Assembly (NCBI GenBank): GCA_049942775.1
Contig: CP188087.1
Location: 240,001 to 272,000 of the forward strand
DNA: 32,000 nucleotides
Source: Candidatus Saccharimonadota bacterium
Lineage (GTDB): Bacteria > Pseudomonadota > Gammaproteobacteria > Enterobacterales > Enterobacteriaceae
Direction of reading: 5' to 3'
Shown: one piece after another, positions 31,254 through 32,000 of the stretch
How the letters are laid out: each line of letters begins with the position of its first letter
How positions within the stretch are numbered: the first letter of the stretch is position 1
Position numbers and translations under genes: made by a program
Notes under the pieces: generated by a model
Seen by the model: only the letters and a program-made list of their open reading frames with translations
Database searches by the model: none
What the model was told of the DNA's origin: nothing

Positions 31254-31497
31254 AATATATTCCAAATTTTTTATATCTTACAAATATATTTTTGTCGTAA
31301 AAAGATCTATTTTTTACACATTTTTTTGTTAAGTATTTTATTAAAAAATAATTATGAATTTTTTATTTTCTTTATATAAAGAAAATTATTTTTATTATTT
31401 ATAATTTTAAACATTTAAAAAGTTAAATTTGAATTTCTTATTAAAGTTAATAACTTTATAAAAATATTTTTTATATTAATAATTTTTGTTGAAATTA

Positions 31498-32000
31498 TTA
31501 ATTAATTTTATGAATTAAAGTCCATAAAGGACCTTTTTTAGTTTTATATCTATTAATTAATTGAATAAAACCTGTATTTTTTGATATTTTATAAATACTG
31601 ATATGATTAGAAATTTGTCCGGCAGATATTAAAAATTTTCCATTTTTATCTATATCAAATGATCTTGGTTGTTGTTCTGTAGAAAATTGTGTTATCTTTT
31701 TTAATATTTTTGTTTTTTTATCTATAAAAAAAACAGAAATAATACTCTTTGATCTGTCAGCTGCATACAAATAATTTTCACAAGGAGAAATTTTAATTTC
31801 AGAACCCCAGGCTTTTTCAGAATTGTTTGCAAAATCAATTATTTTTACTGTTTGAACTAAATTCACTGTGTGGTTTTTTACGGAAATAGACCATACATCA
31901 ACTGTACTGTTTAGTTCATTTATAGAATAAAAAAATTGATTATTTAGTTTGCTACATATTATATGTCTAGGACCAGAGTTTATTTTCGATTGTAGAATTG
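31498..32000 (-). CDS. pgl: 6-phosphogluconolactonase (YbhE/Pgl), C-terminal part; 5' end lies beyond the window
   Basis: The track shows only 31498-31866 from an internal GTG. By hand the same frame stays open to 32000, reading ...SGPRHIICSKLNNQFFYSINELNSTVDVWSISVKNHTVNLVQT.... This aligns to E. coli Pgl [31 protein letters not shown]. Downstream, QPRSFDIDKNGKFLISAGQISNHISIY aligns to [27 protein letters not shown]. Confidence 0.78.
   Translation of the reverse strand, partial: ILQSKINSGPRHIICSKLNNQFFYSINELNSTVDVWSISVKNHTVNLVQTVKIIDFANNSEKAWGSEIKISPCENYLYAADRSKSIISVFFIDKKTKILKKITQFSTEQQPRSFDIDKNGKFLISAGQISNHISIYKISKNTGFIQLINRYKTKKGPLWTLIHKIN

Noticed and set aside
31864-31866. GTG at 31866 as the start of a 122-aa protein
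   Set aside because: The frame stays open upstream to the window edge, and the upstream translation continues the Pgl alignment (GPRH...NELNSTVDVW). The gene is simply cut by the window.

Overview
Extremely AT-rich, gene-dense housekeeping DNA with no accessory content. It looks like the reduced genome of an insect endosymbiont derived from Enterobacterales. Gene content and order best fit Buchnera aphidicola; this rests on remembered synteny, not a database search. I can support 28 protein genes: (-) lepB' lepA; (+) mnmA purB fabI rnb ychE lipB lipA pyrF ribA; (-) clsA yciA yciB trpA trpB trpC(F) trpD; (+) yedA-like rluB topA cysB; (-) suhB; (+) rlmN hisS glyA; (-) bioB pgl'. The genes marked ' are cut by the window edges. 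All translate in the standard code; TGA is used as a stop at the end of lipB. I found no tRNA, rRNA, CRISPR array, transposase, integrase, phage gene or defence/toxin cassette. Every ORF-track entry not listed as a feature is a shadow ORF inside a well-supported gene. I do not see a novel multi-gene system and do not want to invent one. Findings worth a second look: (1) rlmN is split by a frameshift exactly at a 14-A homopolymer while all catalytic motifs stay intact, which could be a slippage-rescued gene, a very young pseudogene or an assembly error. (2) Many other 12-14 nt A/T runs sit in frame inside essential genes. (3) A 0.6-kb ORF-free spacer lies where relatives carry yciC (and ompW), and it contains a perfect 26-bp palindrome. 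(4) bioB stands alone without bioA/F/C/D. (5) trpDC(F)BA lacks trpE, trpG and a leader. (6) An intact cysB regulator is retained. Several ORF-track starts are over-extended (cysB, suhB, yciB, bioB) or truncated (pgl) and are corrected in the feature list.
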